Assembly (NCBI GenBank): GCA_964482735.1
Contig: CAYZYV010000003.1
Coordinates: 63,097-127,096 of the forward strand
Reading direction: 5' to 3'
DNA length: 64,000 nucleotides
From: an uncultured Candidatus Saccharibacteria bacterium
GTDB taxonomy: Bacteria > Patescibacteriota > Minisyncoccia > Phycocordibacterales > UBA9973
Within the stretch, counting starts at the first letter, position 1. Each line of letters starts with the position of its first letter. Below the pieces are notes generated by a model. The model searched no databases. It was not told the origin of the DNA and saw only the letters and a list, made by a program, of their open reading frames with translations. The position numbers and the translations under genes were made by a program. Below, piece by piece: positions 39,157 to 49,610 of the stretch.

Positions 39157-41316
39157 ATGTCCAAAAACATTTTCAAACTTAAGAGTTCATATTCTCCGGC
39201 TGGAGATCAGCCGAAAGCTATTTCAGAGTTACTCAGTGGTCTAAATAGGGGGATGGAAAAGCAAACTTTATTAGGGGCAACAGGAACAGGTAAGACTTTT
39301 ACCGTAGCAAATGTAATAGAAAAATGGAATAAACCAGTTTTGGTCATTGCACACAACAAAACTCTTGCAGCCCAACTCGCTCAAGAATTTAAAGAATTTT
39401 TTCCAGATGCAGCAGTTCACTATTTCGTTTCCTATTATGATTATTATCAACCGGAGGCGTATATGCCAATATCAGATACATATATAGAGAAAGATGCCCA
39501 GATTAATAAAGAGATAGATCGTTTAAGACATGCCACAACCCAATCTCTCTTAACAAGAAAAGATGTGATTATTGTGGCTTCTGTGTCTTGTATTTACGGG
39601 CTTGGTTCTCCTTCGGAATATGAGAAGGTAAATTTAAGATTAGAAAAAGGAATGACTTTGGATCGATTAGGATTAATGCGAAAGCTTATTGAGATTCATT
39701 TTGAAAGAACTAATGCAGATTTAAATCCAGGTTCTTTTAGATCTATTGGTTCAAAAGTAGAGATAATGCCTGTTTCAGATAATTTTATTTTTCAAGTTGA
39801 ATTTTCTGGTAATAAAATTTCAAAAATATCAAAAGTGGACCCTGTTTCTTCAAAAGTTTTGGATGAACCAGAAAACATTTTTGTCTTTCCAGCAAAGCAT
39901 TTTATAACAGAGAAAAAACAAGTTGAGATTGCTATTAAAGACATTAAAAAAGAGTTAAATGATCAGGTTAAAAAATTTGAAAAAAAAGGAAAACTTTTAG
40001 AGGCTGAAAGAATAAAAAGGCGTACTAACTACGACTTGGCAATGATTAGAGAAGTAGGTTATTGTAATGGAATTGAAAACTATTCTCGGCATTTGTCTGG
40101 CAAGAAAGAAGGAGAACCTCCTGAGACACTCCTTTCCTATTTCAAAGAAGATTTTTTAACTGTAATAGATGAATCACATGTTAGTTTACCTCAGCTTCAA
40201 GGTATGTATAGGGGTGACGCTTCGAGAAAAAATACCTTGGTGGAATATGGTTTTAGGTTACCATCTGCTAAAGATAATCGGCCTCTAAAATATCCTGAAT
40301 TTGAAGAAAGGGTTGGCCAGGTAATATATGTATCTGCTACTCCAAGCGACGAAGAAAAGAAATCGAGTGGTCAAATAGTAGAGCAAATCATTCGCCCAAC
40401 AGGCCTTGTGGATCCAGAGGTTATCGTAAGACCTGTGAGTGCAGGTAAAGATTTTTCAGCCAAATCATCAGTAGATGATCGCTCGACTCATTTGAGTACA
40501 AATGAGTCGAGGGGACAAATACAAGATTTTATCTTAGAGGCAGAAGAAACAATTAAAAAAGGTTATCGTGTTTTAGCAACTACTCTTACTAAAAAAATGG
40601 CAGAAGACCTGTCTAACTATTTAAAAGAAAAAGGATTAAAAGCCGAATATCTACACAGTGAGATTAAAACAATAGAGAGGATTCAAGTCTTAACCTCATT
40701 TAGAAAAGGTGATATAGACATTTTGGTTGGAGTAAACCTGCTTAGAGAAGGTTTGGATTTGCCAGAAGTGGCATTGATAGGGATATTAGATGCAGATAAA
40801 GAAGGTTTTTTAAGATCGGAAACTTCTTTAATTCAAACCATAGGACGAGCAGCAAGAAATGCCGAGGGGCGAGTGATTCTGTATGCTGATGAAATGACGA
40901 AGTCGCTTAGTAAGGCAATAGAAGAAACAAATCGTCGTAGATCTATCCAGTTGGACTATAATAAGAAAAATAACATTACCCCAAAAACTATAATTAAAAA
41001 TATAAAAGATATCACAGACGATCTCGAAAATAAACACGAAAAAGTTGTAAACGCAGAACTTGGTTTTGATTTAGAGTTATTTAAAAAAGCTTTTGATAAA
41101 AGCAAGTCAAACCTAGATAAAACTGAAACTGAAAGCTTGAGAAATTTAAAAATTTCTGACGAAGAAAGAAGTCTAAAAGTCTTTGAGAAGATTATTAAGA
41201 TAAAAGAGAAGGAAATGAATCGAGCTGTAAAAAATTTAGATTTTGAAACAGCAGCTATTTTGAGAGATGAAATAATCAGTCTAAGGGGTTTATTAGGAGA
41301 AAAAAACAATAAATGA
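39157..41316 (+). CDS. uvrB: Excinuclease ABC subunit B
   Basis: LLGATGTGKTFTVANVIE helicase motif I, beta-hairpin region, C-terminal UVR domain. Confidence 0.9.
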   Translation: MSKNIFKLKSSYSPAGDQPKAISELLSGLNRGMEKQTLLGATGTGKTFTVANVIEKWNKPVLVIAHNKTLAAQLAQEFKEFFPDAAVHYFVSYYDYYQPEAYMPISDTYIEKDAQINKEIDRLRHATTQSLLTRKDVIIVASVSCIYGLGSPSEYEKVNLRLEKGMTLDRLGLMRKLIEIHFERTNADLNPGSFRSIGSKVEIMPVSDNFIFQVEFSGNKISKISKVDPVSSKVLDEPENIFVFPAKHFITEKKQVEIAIKDIKKELNDQVKKFEKKGKLLEAERIKRRTNYDLAMIREVGYCNGIENYSRHLSGKKEGEPPETLLSYFKEDFLTVIDESHVSLPQLQGMYRGDASRKNTLVEYGFRLPSAKDNRPLKYPEFEERVGQVIYVSATPSDEEKKSSGQIVEQIIRPTGLVDPEVIVRPVSAGKDFSAKSSVDDRSTHLSTNESRGQIQDFILEAEETIKKGYRVLATTLTKKMAEDLSNYLKEKGLKAEYLHSEIKTIERIQVLTSFRKGDIDILVGVNLLREGLDLPEVALIGILDADKEGFLRSETSLIQTIGRAARNAEGRVILYADEMTKSLSKAIEETNRRRSIQLDYNKKNNITPKTIIKNIKDITDDLENKHEKVVNAELGFDLELFKKAFDKSKSNLDKTETESLRNLKISDEERSLKVFEKIIKIKEKEMNRAVKNLDFETAAILRDEIISLRGLLGEKNNK

Positions 41317-41328
41317 TATAATAATTTT

Positions 41329-42180
41329 ATGGATAAGGACTATTTTGAAACAACAAAAAAGAGTTTATTTGTAACTCTTTCTTTGGTGGTTTTAGTTGTT
41401 TTGATCGCTTTAATTTTTAGTGGACAAAAAGAAGCAAGAATTCCAAAAGTGATTACCAACAAACCACTTATCTCAGAAGAAGAAAATGTAGTACTAGGGA
41501 CGTTTGAGACCAGATCAATAAAAAAAACCGATAGATATGTTAATTTCGATATAAAATATCCTTATTTCTTTTATGCTAGCCCAGAATTTAATACAGAAAT
41601 TAAAGATTTCTTAGAAACCCAAGCAGATGCTCATAGTGTAAATAGTAAAGAGGCGTGGCTAGCGAGATATAATACAAGAACAGAAGGTGAAAATATATCT
41701 GAATACCCAACAGGCGAGGAAGACAAGTTTTACTTTTTCTCTGATTTTGAGATTGTTCAAAGCAACTCATCTTACATAAGTGTAATTGTTCACTATGGAG
41801 GTTTCAGTGGAGGAGCTCATGGTTATGAGAATAAAGTTTCTTATGCTTACAACCTAATAGATAAAAAAGAAATACAGCTAACTGATTTGTTTATGGGTGA
41901 TCCGGACTATTTGGTTAAAATTTCTGATTATTCTAAGGAGTATTTTAAAACAATACTAGAGAAAAAAGTTAAAGAAAATTTTACCGAAGAAGACGATCCT
42001 CAAGCTGTACAAGATTATGTAAGCAATTCAATGATGATGATAGAAAATGGTACCAAACCATTAGCTGATAATTTTTCTGTCTTTTCATTTACTAAAGACA
42101 AAATAACTGTTTATTTTGGACAATATCAAGTAGGGCCTTATTCAGACGGAATGCAACAAGTCGAAATTTCTAGACAATAA
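41329..42180 (+). CDS. Membrane-anchored DUF3298/DUF4163-family protein (RsiV/PdaC-C-terminal-like)
   Basis: N-terminal TM; YGGFSGGAHGYENKVSYAYNLIDKKEIQLTDLF matches the GGAHP/G hallmark of DUF3298. Confidence 0.5.
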   Translation: MDKDYFETTKKSLFVTLSLVVLVVLIALIFSGQKEARIPKVITNKPLISEEENVVLGTFETRSIKKTDRYVNFDIKYPYFFYASPEFNTEIKDFLETQADAHSVNSKEAWLARYNTRTEGENISEYPTGEEDKFYFFSDFEIVQSNSSYISVIVHYGGFSGGAHGYENKVSYAYNLIDKKEIQLTDLFMGDPDYLVKISDYSKEYFKTILEKKVKENFTEEDDPQAVQDYVSNSMMMIENGTKPLADNFSVFSFTKDKITVYFGQYQVGPYSDGMQQVEISRQ

Positions 42181-42282
42181 TTTTTTACATTGCTAAATAA
42201 TTTTAGTGTGTTATTATTGCTTTACATCTAAATAACTTTATACCCCCAGAGTGTGTCAAAATAAGGGGGATTTTGAATTGAT

Positions 42283-45021
42283 ATGAAAAAAAATGAAGCT
42301 GATAAAATAATAGTAAAAGGAGCTAGAACTCACAATCTAAAAAATATAGATGTGGAAATGCCAAGAAATAAGATGGTGGTTATTACTGGTATGTCTGGTA
42401 GTGGAAAGTCTTCTTTGGCTTTCGATACTATTTTTGCTGAGGGGCAGAGGAGGTATGTTGAATCTTTATCTTCTTATGCTCGTCAGTTTTTAAACCAAAT
42501 GCCTAAACCTGACGTGGATGAGATCTCAGGGCTTTCACCAGCTATTTCTATAGACCAAAAGTCTCGTTCAAACAATCCTCGCTCCACTGTTGCTACGATA
42601 ACAGAAATATATGATTACTTGAGAGTCTTGTATTCTAGAATTGGACATCCTCATTGTCCTATTTGTGGAAATGAAATTAAAAAACTTTCTAATGAAGAGA
42701 TAATTAATTTTATTTTGTCCAAGATAAAAACTTTTGAAAAAAATCCCAATAAGAGAAAAATAGTAGGAGTAGAGTGGGACGAGACGCCTGTGACTATACT
42801 TTCTCCTGTAATAAAAGGAAGAAAAGGCGAATATTATCAATTACTTTATGATTTGTTAAATAAAGGTTTTACTGAAATAAGACTAGATGGAGAAACAAAA
42901 AACTTAAGAGAAAGGATAGAAATGTCAAAAACCAAAGTTCACGATATTGATTTAGTGGTTGATAGATTTCAAGTTCATGAGTTTAAAGATAATCCTGGAG
43001 ATGCTAGAATGAGAATATCAGAAGCTGTAGAGAGGGCCTTAATAGAATCAGAGGGGTTGGTTATTGTTGCTTTTGGAAACATTAATTTAGATAAAAAAAC
43101 AAAAAGGGGTTCAAGATATACATCAGAAAATCTATATGAATTTGACGCTTCTTCTGTTGGAGCACCTTTTTCGAATGAAGAATATTTACTGTCTTCAAAA
43201 TTTTCTTGTCCAAGAGATGGTTTTGCTTTCCCTGAAATAGAACCAAGGTTATTTTCTTTTAATTCACCATATGGAGCTTGCCCGAGCTGTAATGGTCTAG
43301 GAACAAAATATTTTGGAGGAACAGAGGCGTGTGATGACTGTCATGGAAAAAGATTACGTCCCGAGGCTCTAAATGTTTTTATCGGAGAAAAGATAGACAA
43401 TAAAAATCTAGGAGCTAAAAAAATAAAAGAAGAAACATTAGGTTTCAAGTCTATGAATATAGTTGATTTGACAGCTCTCACAATTGATCAAGTTGCTGAC
43501 TTTTTTGTTTCATTAGAGCTAACAGATCAAGAAAAAGAAATATCAAGAGTGGTTATTAAAGAAATAGAATCAAGATTACAATTTTTATTAAACGTAGGTT
43601 TAGATTATTTATCATTAGATCGTCGAGCAGGAACTTTGTCCGGTGGGGAATCTCAAAGAATCCGCCTTGCTAGTCAATTGGGATCTAGACTTGTAGGTTC
43701 TCTATATGTTCTAGACGAACCAACAATAGGATTACACCAAAGGGATAATGATAAACTAATAAAAACTTTAAAGTCTCTAAGAGATTTGGGTAATTCAATA
43801 ATTATAGTTGAGCATGATGAAGATACAATTTATGCTTCTGATTATATCGTGGATATAGGTCCAAAAGCGGGTGTCCATGGTGGGGAAGTCATAGTTGCTG
43901 ATTATTTGGAAAAACTATTGGATGCTCCGAAGAATAACTCAATGTCTCGAACGTTGTCTTATTTGAGAGGAGAAGAAAAAATTCCTATACCAGAGAAGAG
44001 AAGAACTGCAGAAAAGGGTTCTATAAAAATAGTTGGAGGAAAAGTTTTTAATATTAAAAACATGAATGTTGAAATACCTTTGGGCAAAATGGTCTGTGTG
44101 ACAGGAGTATCTGGATCAGGAAAGAGTTCTCTTGTCTATGAAATTCTCCATAGGAATTTACAAGCAAGGTATGAGAGAAAACACCGAAGTGCACAAGTCT
44201 TTAATTGTGCCTCATTTTCTGGTACAGAGTATCTTTCTAGAGAAATACTCATAGATCAGTCTCCTATAGGTAGAACTCCGAGGTCTAACATTGCTACTTA
44301 TACAGGAGCTTTCACTTTTATTCGAGATTTATTTTCTAGTACAAATGAAGCTAAATTAAGAGGGTGGGGAGCAAATCGTTTTTCTTTTAATGTAAAAGGA
44401 GGAAGATGTGAGGCTTGTGAAGGTAATGGAGAAGTCGCTGTAGAAATGCACTTCCTTCCAACGGTTTATGTTAAATGTGACGTTTGCGGTGGAAAAAGAT
44501 TTGATAAAGAGACTTTAACTGTAAAGTATAAAAAGAAAAATATACATGATGTTTTAAATATGACCATAGAAGAAGGGTGTAAGTTTTTTGAGGATATTCC
44601 TAGCGTTCACGATAGGCTAAAAACCTTAATGGATGTGGGTTTGGGTTATGTTAAATTAGGTCAATCAGCCACTACTTTGTCTGGAGGAGAAGCTCAGCGA
44701 GTAAAAATTGCATCTGAACTTTATCGTCCTAACTTAGAAAAAACAATATATCTATTGGACGAACCAACTGTTGGATTACATTATGATGATGTGGCCAAGC
44801 TTCTGGAGGTCCTTAACAAATTGGTAGATAAGGGGAATACAGTTCTTCTGATAGAACACAATATGGATATTATAAAGAGTGCTGACTATCTGATAGACAT
44901 TGGCCCAGAAGGTGGTTTTGGAGGTGGAGAAATAGTTGCCAAAGGTACTCCAGAAGAGGTAGCTAATAATAAAAATTCTTACACTGGAAAATATTTATAC
45001 AAGGTTTTAAGACGAAAATAA
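42283..45021 (+). CDS. uvrA: Excinuclease ABC subunit A
   Basis: Two ABC modules (GMSGSGKSSL, GVSGSGKSSL) and zinc fingers (CPICGNE..., CEACEGNG...CDVCGG). Confidence 0.95.
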   Translation: MKKNEADKIIVKGARTHNLKNIDVEMPRNKMVVITGMSGSGKSSLAFDTIFAEGQRRYVESLSSYARQFLNQMPKPDVDEISGLSPAISIDQKSRSNNPRSTVATITEIYDYLRVLYSRIGHPHCPICGNEIKKLSNEEIINFILSKIKTFEKNPNKRKIVGVEWDETPVTILSPVIKGRKGEYYQLLYDLLNKGFTEIRLDGETKNLRERIEMSKTKVHDIDLVVDRFQVHEFKDNPGDARMRISEAVERALIESEGLVIVAFGNINLDKKTKRGSRYTSENLYEFDASSVGAPFSNEEYLLSSKFSCPRDGFAFPEIEPRLFSFNSPYGACPSCNGLGTKYFGGTEACDDCHGKRLRPEALNVFIGEKIDNKNLGAKKIKEETLGFKSMNIVDLTALTIDQVADFFVSLELTDQEKEISRVVIKEIESRLQFLLNVGLDYLSLDRRAGTLSGGESQRIRLASQLGSRLVGSLYVLDEPTIGLHQRDNDKLIKTLKSLRDLGNSIIIVEHDEDTIYASDYIVDIGPKAGVHGGEVIVADYLEKLLDAPKNNSMSRTLSYLRGEEKIPIPEKRRTAEKGSIKIVGGKVFNIKNMNVEIPLGKMVCVTGVSGSGKSSLVYEILHRNLQARYERKHRSAQVFNCASFSGTEYLSREILIDQSPIGRTPRSNIATYTGAFTFIRDLFSSTNEAKLRGWGANRFSFNVKGGRCEACEGNGEVAVEMHFLPTVYVKCDVCGGKRFDKETLTVKYKKKNIHDVLNMTIEEGCKFFEDIPSVHDRLKTLMDVGLGYVKLGQSATTLSGGEAQRVKIASELYRPNLEKTIYLLDEPTVGLHYDDVAKLLEVLNKLVDKGNTVLLIEHNMDIIKSADYLIDIGPEGGFGGGEIVAKGTPEEVANNKNSYTGKYLYKVLRRK

Positions 45022-45024
45022 AAT

Positions 45025-46305
45025 ATGAAAAAGTCAGATTTAAAAAAGTTTAAATTACCTCAAAAACCAGGTGTTTACTTTTTTACAAAAAGTAACTCTT
45101 CTATGAGTAAATCTTCTATGAAAAAGGAAGATGTTTTGTATATTGGCAAGGCGACTAATTTGTCTGATAGAGTCAAAAGTTATTTCTCAAGTGATTTAAT
45201 CAATACTAGAGGCCCTATGATATTAGACATGGTCACACAGTCCAAGTTCATTAAATATCAAGAAACAGATAGTGTTTTAGAGGCTTTGATATTGGAGGCT
45301 AGCTTAATCAAAAAATATCAACCAAAATACAATACAAAAGAGAAAGACAATAAAAGCTTTAACTATGTTTGTATTACCAATGAAGACATACCAAAAGTTT
45401 TGATTAAAAGGGGAAGAAATTTAAAGATGATCCAAGAAAAAGAGTTGCCTGTTTGTAATAATTTTCCTCACTCTATATACCAAAAAACTTTTGGTCCGTT
45501 TCCGAGTGGAACGCAACTAAAAGAGGCGATGAAAATTATTCGTCGTATTTTTCCATATGTAGATGAACAGTCTATTAAGAAAAATAATTCAGAGTTTTAT
45601 TTACAATTAGGTTTATCTCCTAATATAAAAAACAGAGAAATTGATAAGATTAGTTATCACAAGAATATAAAAAATTTAATCCTGTTTTTTCAAGGTAAGA
45701 AAAAAGATATTATAAAAAATCTTAAAAAAGAGATGATGGTTTTTGCAAAAAATAGAGAATTTGAAAGGGCTAATGAAATAAAAAAGAAGATTTTTGCACT
45801 TAACCACATAAACGATATTGCTTTAATTAAAAGTGATACAGCTGACGAGCATTCATCAAATTACAGGATAGAAGCTTATGATGTGGCACACATGTCCGGT
45901 AAAAATATGGTCGGGGTTATGGTTGTGATAGAGAACCAAGAATTGAACAAAAAAGAATATAAGAAATTTATAATCAAAACAGTAGATACTGTAAATGATC
46001 CTAAGGCTCTAGCTGAAATTTTGGGCAGAAGATTTTCTCATAATGAATGGAGGAAACCAGACTTAATCGTTGTAGACGGTGGAGTGATTCAAGTGAATGC
46101 CGCAAAAAATGTCTTATCAAAATTAAAAATTAAAATACCAGTTGTTTCAGTATTAAAAGATGAAAGACACAAAGCAAAGGCTATTTTAGGAGATAATAAA
46201 ATTATTGAAAAAAATAAGAAAAATATCCTTTTAGCCAATGCTGAATCTCATCGTTTTGCTATAGCTTTTCATAAGAAAAAAAGGGAACAGAAATTCTTGA
46301 TCTAA
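45025..46305 (+). CDS. uvrC: Excinuclease ABC subunit C, short form (426 aa) lacking the C-terminal (HhH)2 domain
   Basis: GIY-YIG (PGVYFF...YIGKATNLSDRVKSYF), UVR-like helix (REFERANEIKKKIFAL), RNase H-like endonuclease region (EAYDVAHMSGK). The protein ends before any HhH motif. Confidence 0.8.
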   Translation: MKKSDLKKFKLPQKPGVYFFTKSNSSMSKSSMKKEDVLYIGKATNLSDRVKSYFSSDLINTRGPMILDMVTQSKFIKYQETDSVLEALILEASLIKKYQPKYNTKEKDNKSFNYVCITNEDIPKVLIKRGRNLKMIQEKELPVCNNFPHSIYQKTFGPFPSGTQLKEAMKIIRRIFPYVDEQSIKKNNSEFYLQLGLSPNIKNREIDKISYHKNIKNLILFFQGKKKDIIKNLKKEMMVFAKNREFERANEIKKKIFALNHINDIALIKSDTADEHSSNYRIEAYDVAHMSGKNMVGVMVVIENQELNKKEYKKFIIKTVDTVNDPKALAEILGRRFSHNEWRKPDLIVVDGGVIQVNAAKNVLSKLKIKIPVVSVLKDERHKAKAILGDNKIIEKNKKNILLANAESHRFAIAFHKKKREQKFLI

Positions 46306-46340
46306 TCCCTTCCTTTAAATAATTATGTTATAATACAGTT

Positions 46341-47336
46341 ATGTTAAGAATTGGCGTATTAAGAGGTGGAGCAGATGAGAGATACAAAGCTTCCATTGAT
46401 AATGGAGCCAATATTTTGGGGTGTTTAAGGGGGGAAACATTGTCTCAAAAATATAAAGCGGTAGATATTTTTATAGACGAGGACGGAATCTGGCATATCA
46501 ACGGTATCCCCGTCACTATGGCTACAGTTAAAGAAAAAGTGGATTTAGTTATAAATGCTTTGCTTGGTAAGTATGCAGAAAACGGAAAAATACAAGAGAG
46601 GTTAGAAGAATATAATATCCCTTACACTAGCTCCGATTCAAAATCTTCATTTGTTTGTCACAATAAAGTATTAACAAAAGAAGAGTTTAAGAAATTAGGA
46701 ATCAAGACCCCAAACTTTATTTATTTTAAGTCATACAAAGAAGGGGAGATAGATAAAAATAGATATGCTACGAACAGAGCTCGATCTGTTTGGGAAAAAA
46801 TGTCTCCACCTTGGATAATAAAGCCGGTCACTAATGGTTCTTCTGTTGGTGTTGTTTTATGTAAAACTTTTAATGACCTCACAGAAGCGATCAAAAAAAT
46901 AGCTGACACGGAAGATGAAGTTCTTGTTGAAGAATACATTCGAGGTAAAGAAGCTACGGTTGGCGTAATAAATAACTTTAGGAGAAAAGAAATATACACA
47001 TTACCACCGGTAGAAATAAGATTAAATCCTGGAGAAAGTATTTTTGGCTATAAAGAAAAAAGAGACAATCTTGCACAAATAATATGCCCGGGTACTTTTT
47101 CGTCTAAAGAAAAAGAAGAGATGGAGAGAATTGCCGCTCTCGTGCACAAATCTTTTGGTCTAACGTTTTATTCAAAAATAGACTTTATTGTTCACCCACA
47201 AAAAGGAATATATGCATTAGAAGTAAATTCACAATCTGAATTTATGGAAAAATCTCAAATACCTGTTGCTCTTGAAGCTGTCGGCTCTAGTTTAGAAGAA
47301 TTTATAGATCATTTAATAAAGGAAGCTATAAAATAA
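46341..47336 (+). CDS. ddl: D-alanine--D-alanine ligase
   Basis: ATP-grasp: MLRIGVLRGG..., IKPVTNGSSVGV, LVEEYIRGKEATVGVI. Confidence 0.85.
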   Translation: MLRIGVLRGGADERYKASIDNGANILGCLRGETLSQKYKAVDIFIDEDGIWHINGIPVTMATVKEKVDLVINALLGKYAENGKIQERLEEYNIPYTSSDSKSSFVCHNKVLTKEEFKKLGIKTPNFIYFKSYKEGEIDKNRYATNRARSVWEKMSPPWIIKPVTNGSSVGVVLCKTFNDLTEAIKKIADTEDEVLVEEYIRGKEATVGVINNFRRKEIYTLPPVEIRLNPGESIFGYKEKRDNLAQIICPGTFSSKEKEEMERIAALVHKSFGLTFYSKIDFIVHPQKGIYALEVNSQSEFMEKSQIPVALEAVGSSLEEFIDHLIKEAIK

Positions 47337-47366
47337 AAAATCCCGCAATTCGCGGGATTTTTTATT
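47334..47366. terminator. Bidirectional terminator between ddl and the convergent channel gene
   Basis: aaaaaatcccgcaattcgcgggatttttt. Confidence 0.7.
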
Positions 47367-47993
47367 TTACTTTTTTCTAAACAAATCAACCACATAGAAC
47401 ATATATTTTGTTCCATTTTTTGAAAGGTTAAATAGAATTGCAACAGTGTAGAAGAATATAGCTATCTTTGTGCTATAGAAAGAAACAGCAATTGCTATAA
47501 GCGCAGAAATAACAGGTACGAGTATGTGAGCCATTGCATGTTCGTTTTCTATTTTTGTGTAGGGCATATTTTCTATTGTATTTGATTTGATCGCATATCT
47601 TCTCATTTTATACAAAGATAAACCTATCATTATAATGTTTAAGGCGAAAAATATCACTGCTGTTTTTGAGTACATGTATTTACCGAGAAGGTGAGAAGAA
47701 AACGGAACTAGCGCAACAAAAAAGAAAAAGAATCCGTTAATGTTTGAGAATGGTATATCTATATTTTTTGCAAAAACTGAGGCGGTTAAGTGGTGGGATC
47801 TCCAGTATGTGAATAATAAAGAAAAACTCAATATATAACTTATAAGAATAGGGTACATCCCCATTAAATAATTTATTAGAGTGTGCTCGTTTATAATGCC
47901 GACATATTCAGGAACTCTAATTTCAAAAATTAAAACGGTCATCACGATTGCGAAGATGCCGTCTGAAAGCTGGTCTAATCTTTGTTGTTTCAT
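47367..47993 (-). CDS. TMEM175/DUF1211-family membrane protein (putative K+ channel)
   Basis: RLDQLSDGIFAIVMTVLIFEI matches the DUF1211 signature (RxxxFSDGVFAIAxTLLVLE). About six TM segments. Start set at MKQQRL (the ORF extends to 48083). Confidence 0.6.
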   Translation of the reverse strand: MKQQRLDQLSDGIFAIVMTVLIFEIRVPEYVGIINEHTLINYLMGMYPILISYILSFSLLFTYWRSHHLTASVFAKNIDIPFSNINGFFFFFVALVPFSSHLLGKYMYSKTAVIFFALNIIMIGLSLYKMRRYAIKSNTIENMPYTKIENEHAMAHILVPVISALIAIAVSFYSTKIAIFFYTVAILFNLSKNGTKYMFYVVDLFRKK

Positions 47994-48134
47994 TTCTATA
48001 TTATAACAATTAAACCACAGAATATCCAAACTTGACAATGTACTAAAACTTGTGTTTTGGTGTTTTTTATGATATAATTGCATAGAAATAGTTAATTCAA
48101 ATTAAATAAACAAACAAAACAAACAAAAACAGAA

Positions 48135-48911
48135 ATGGAAAACAAAGAGAAAGATCTAGAAAAGATCATGGCTGAGAATCAGCAATTAAGAGTGGAAAAT
48201 GTACAGAGTGCCTTTATGCTAAAAAAATTTAAGTCTCTAGCTAGAGTGTTGGGGCACGATCTTAGATCTCCTATCGCGAGTTCTATTACCTGCCTTGAAC
48301 TTTGCCTAGAAATGTTGCGTGAAGAAAATCTAGCAAATAAGGACGTGATGATGTTCTTAACCATGGCAGCAGAGCAAAATCGTAATCTGCTAGGTTTAGT
48401 TGATAACCTTTTAGTTTGGTCAAGAATGCAGATAGACGGAGTTAAGATAAACCAGGAAAAAATAAACTTGAAAAGCACCTTGGCGGATACAATTTCACCA
48501 TATATGTTTTCTTGTTTGTCAAAAGGTATAAATGTCAGATTTAACGTGGATGATGTTTCTATCATAACAGATAAAAGTATTTTTCAGTTTATCGTTAGAA
48601 ATATTTTCACTAACGCGATGAAATTTACCCCTAAAAATGGCGATATTACTATCGTTGCCAAGAAATACAATGATTGTATTAGCGTGGTAATTAAGGACAA
48701 TGGTATAGGTATGTCGCCGGAAAAAATTAGGAAAATTTTTGAAAGCGTCGGGGAAAGCTCTTCTGGCACAGAAGGAGAAAAAGGAACAGGTCTAGGGTTA
48801 TCTATGTGTCAAGAACTAGCCGAAAAATCAGGCTTTTTGATTTCTGTAGAAAGTGAAGGTGAGGGAAAAGGATCGTCTTTTACGATTTCTCTTCCTAAGC
48901 ATAAAAAATAA
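48135..48911 (+). CDS. Cytoplasmic histidine kinase (HisKA + HATPase_c) with no TM/sensor domain and no adjacent response regulator
   Basis: H-box LGHDLRSPIASS; N, G1 and G2 boxes (NAMKFTPKNG, DNGIGM, GTGLGLSM). Confidence 0.7.
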   Translation: MENKEKDLEKIMAENQQLRVENVQSAFMLKKFKSLARVLGHDLRSPIASSITCLELCLEMLREENLANKDVMMFLTMAAEQNRNLLGLVDNLLVWSRMQIDGVKINQEKINLKSTLADTISPYMFSCLSKGINVRFNVDDVSIITDKSIFQFIVRNIFTNAMKFTPKNGDITIVAKKYNDCISVVIKDNGIGMSPEKIRKIFESVGESSSGTEGEKGTGLGLSMCQELAEKSGFLISVESEGEGKGSSFTISLPKHKK

Positions 48912-48931
48912 ACATAATAAAAAATAGAAAG

Positions 48932-48961
48932 AGCCGGCAATTAGCCGGCTTTATTATTTTT
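48932..48961 (+). terminator. Intrinsic terminator
   Basis: agccggcaattagccggct followed by ttattattttt. Confidence 0.65.
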
Positions 48962-48984
48962 GTAGTCAGGGATATTTTGCTCGT

Positions 48985-49125
48985 CGCCACTCGCAAAATT
49001 CCACGACCCTGGCTCGTGATTTTGCTTGCTAGCAAAATTATCACTCCGCCTTCCACAGCTAAAAAACAGCATGCAGATGCTGTTTTTCTTAACGCTTGTG
49101 GACCCTACAGGAGTCTCTCCTTCGA
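48985..49125 (-). repeat. Partial direct copy (unit 1) of the tRNA-Ala 3' end, its trailer, a terminator hairpin and ~100 nt of flank
   Basis: tttcttaacgcttgtggaccctacagga is identical at 49095-49122 and 49353-49380. The flanks ccttccacagctaaaa / ctttccacaagctaaaa are similar. The hairpin sequence differs but stays self-complementary. Confidence 0.75.
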
Positions 49126-49366
49126 CTAAAACCTTTTCGTCAAAAAGTTTTGTCTAGGCACCAGCTCGTCTGTTTTTTGAGACAGTTATGGAATGCTTTG
49201 CATGCTAAAACCATGTGTGTCACAAGTCACTAAATATTTTGCTCCAGGTATTCGCAAAATATGTAAGTGCTCGCGACCCCAGCTCGGCAATTTTTCTGCT
49301 GAAAAATTATGCCTGTGCTTTCCACAAGCTAAAAGCCTCCAGCAGTGGAGGCTTTCTTAACGCTTG

Positions 49367-49439
49367 TGGACCCTACAGGACTCGAACCTGCCACCCCCTC
49401 ATTGCAAATGAGGTGCTCTACCAGATGAGCTAAGGGCCC
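49367..49439 (-). tRNA. tRNA-Ala (anticodon UGC) with G3:U70
   Basis: gggccct/agggtcc acceptor with the G3-U70 identity pair, anticodon stem cctca/tgagg, loop tt-tgc-aa, T-loop ttcgagt. Confidence 0.85.
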
Positions 49440-49610
49440 ATATTCTTTTTTAATCTACTTTGCCTTTAGTTTATACTGTTGCTTCCATGAAGCGCTACAG
49501 ATGAGCTAAGGGCCTATAAAACATAATCTTGAAACACTATTATATTAACTTATTTTAAAAAAATTGCAAGTAAAATTAACTATTTTCCTTTAAAATGATA
49601 CAATGTTGCT

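Noticed and set aside
49215-49433. 72-aa plus-strand ORF
   Set aside because: It overlaps the tRNA-Ala gene and lies in the repeat region. It has no RBS or promoter and is spurious.
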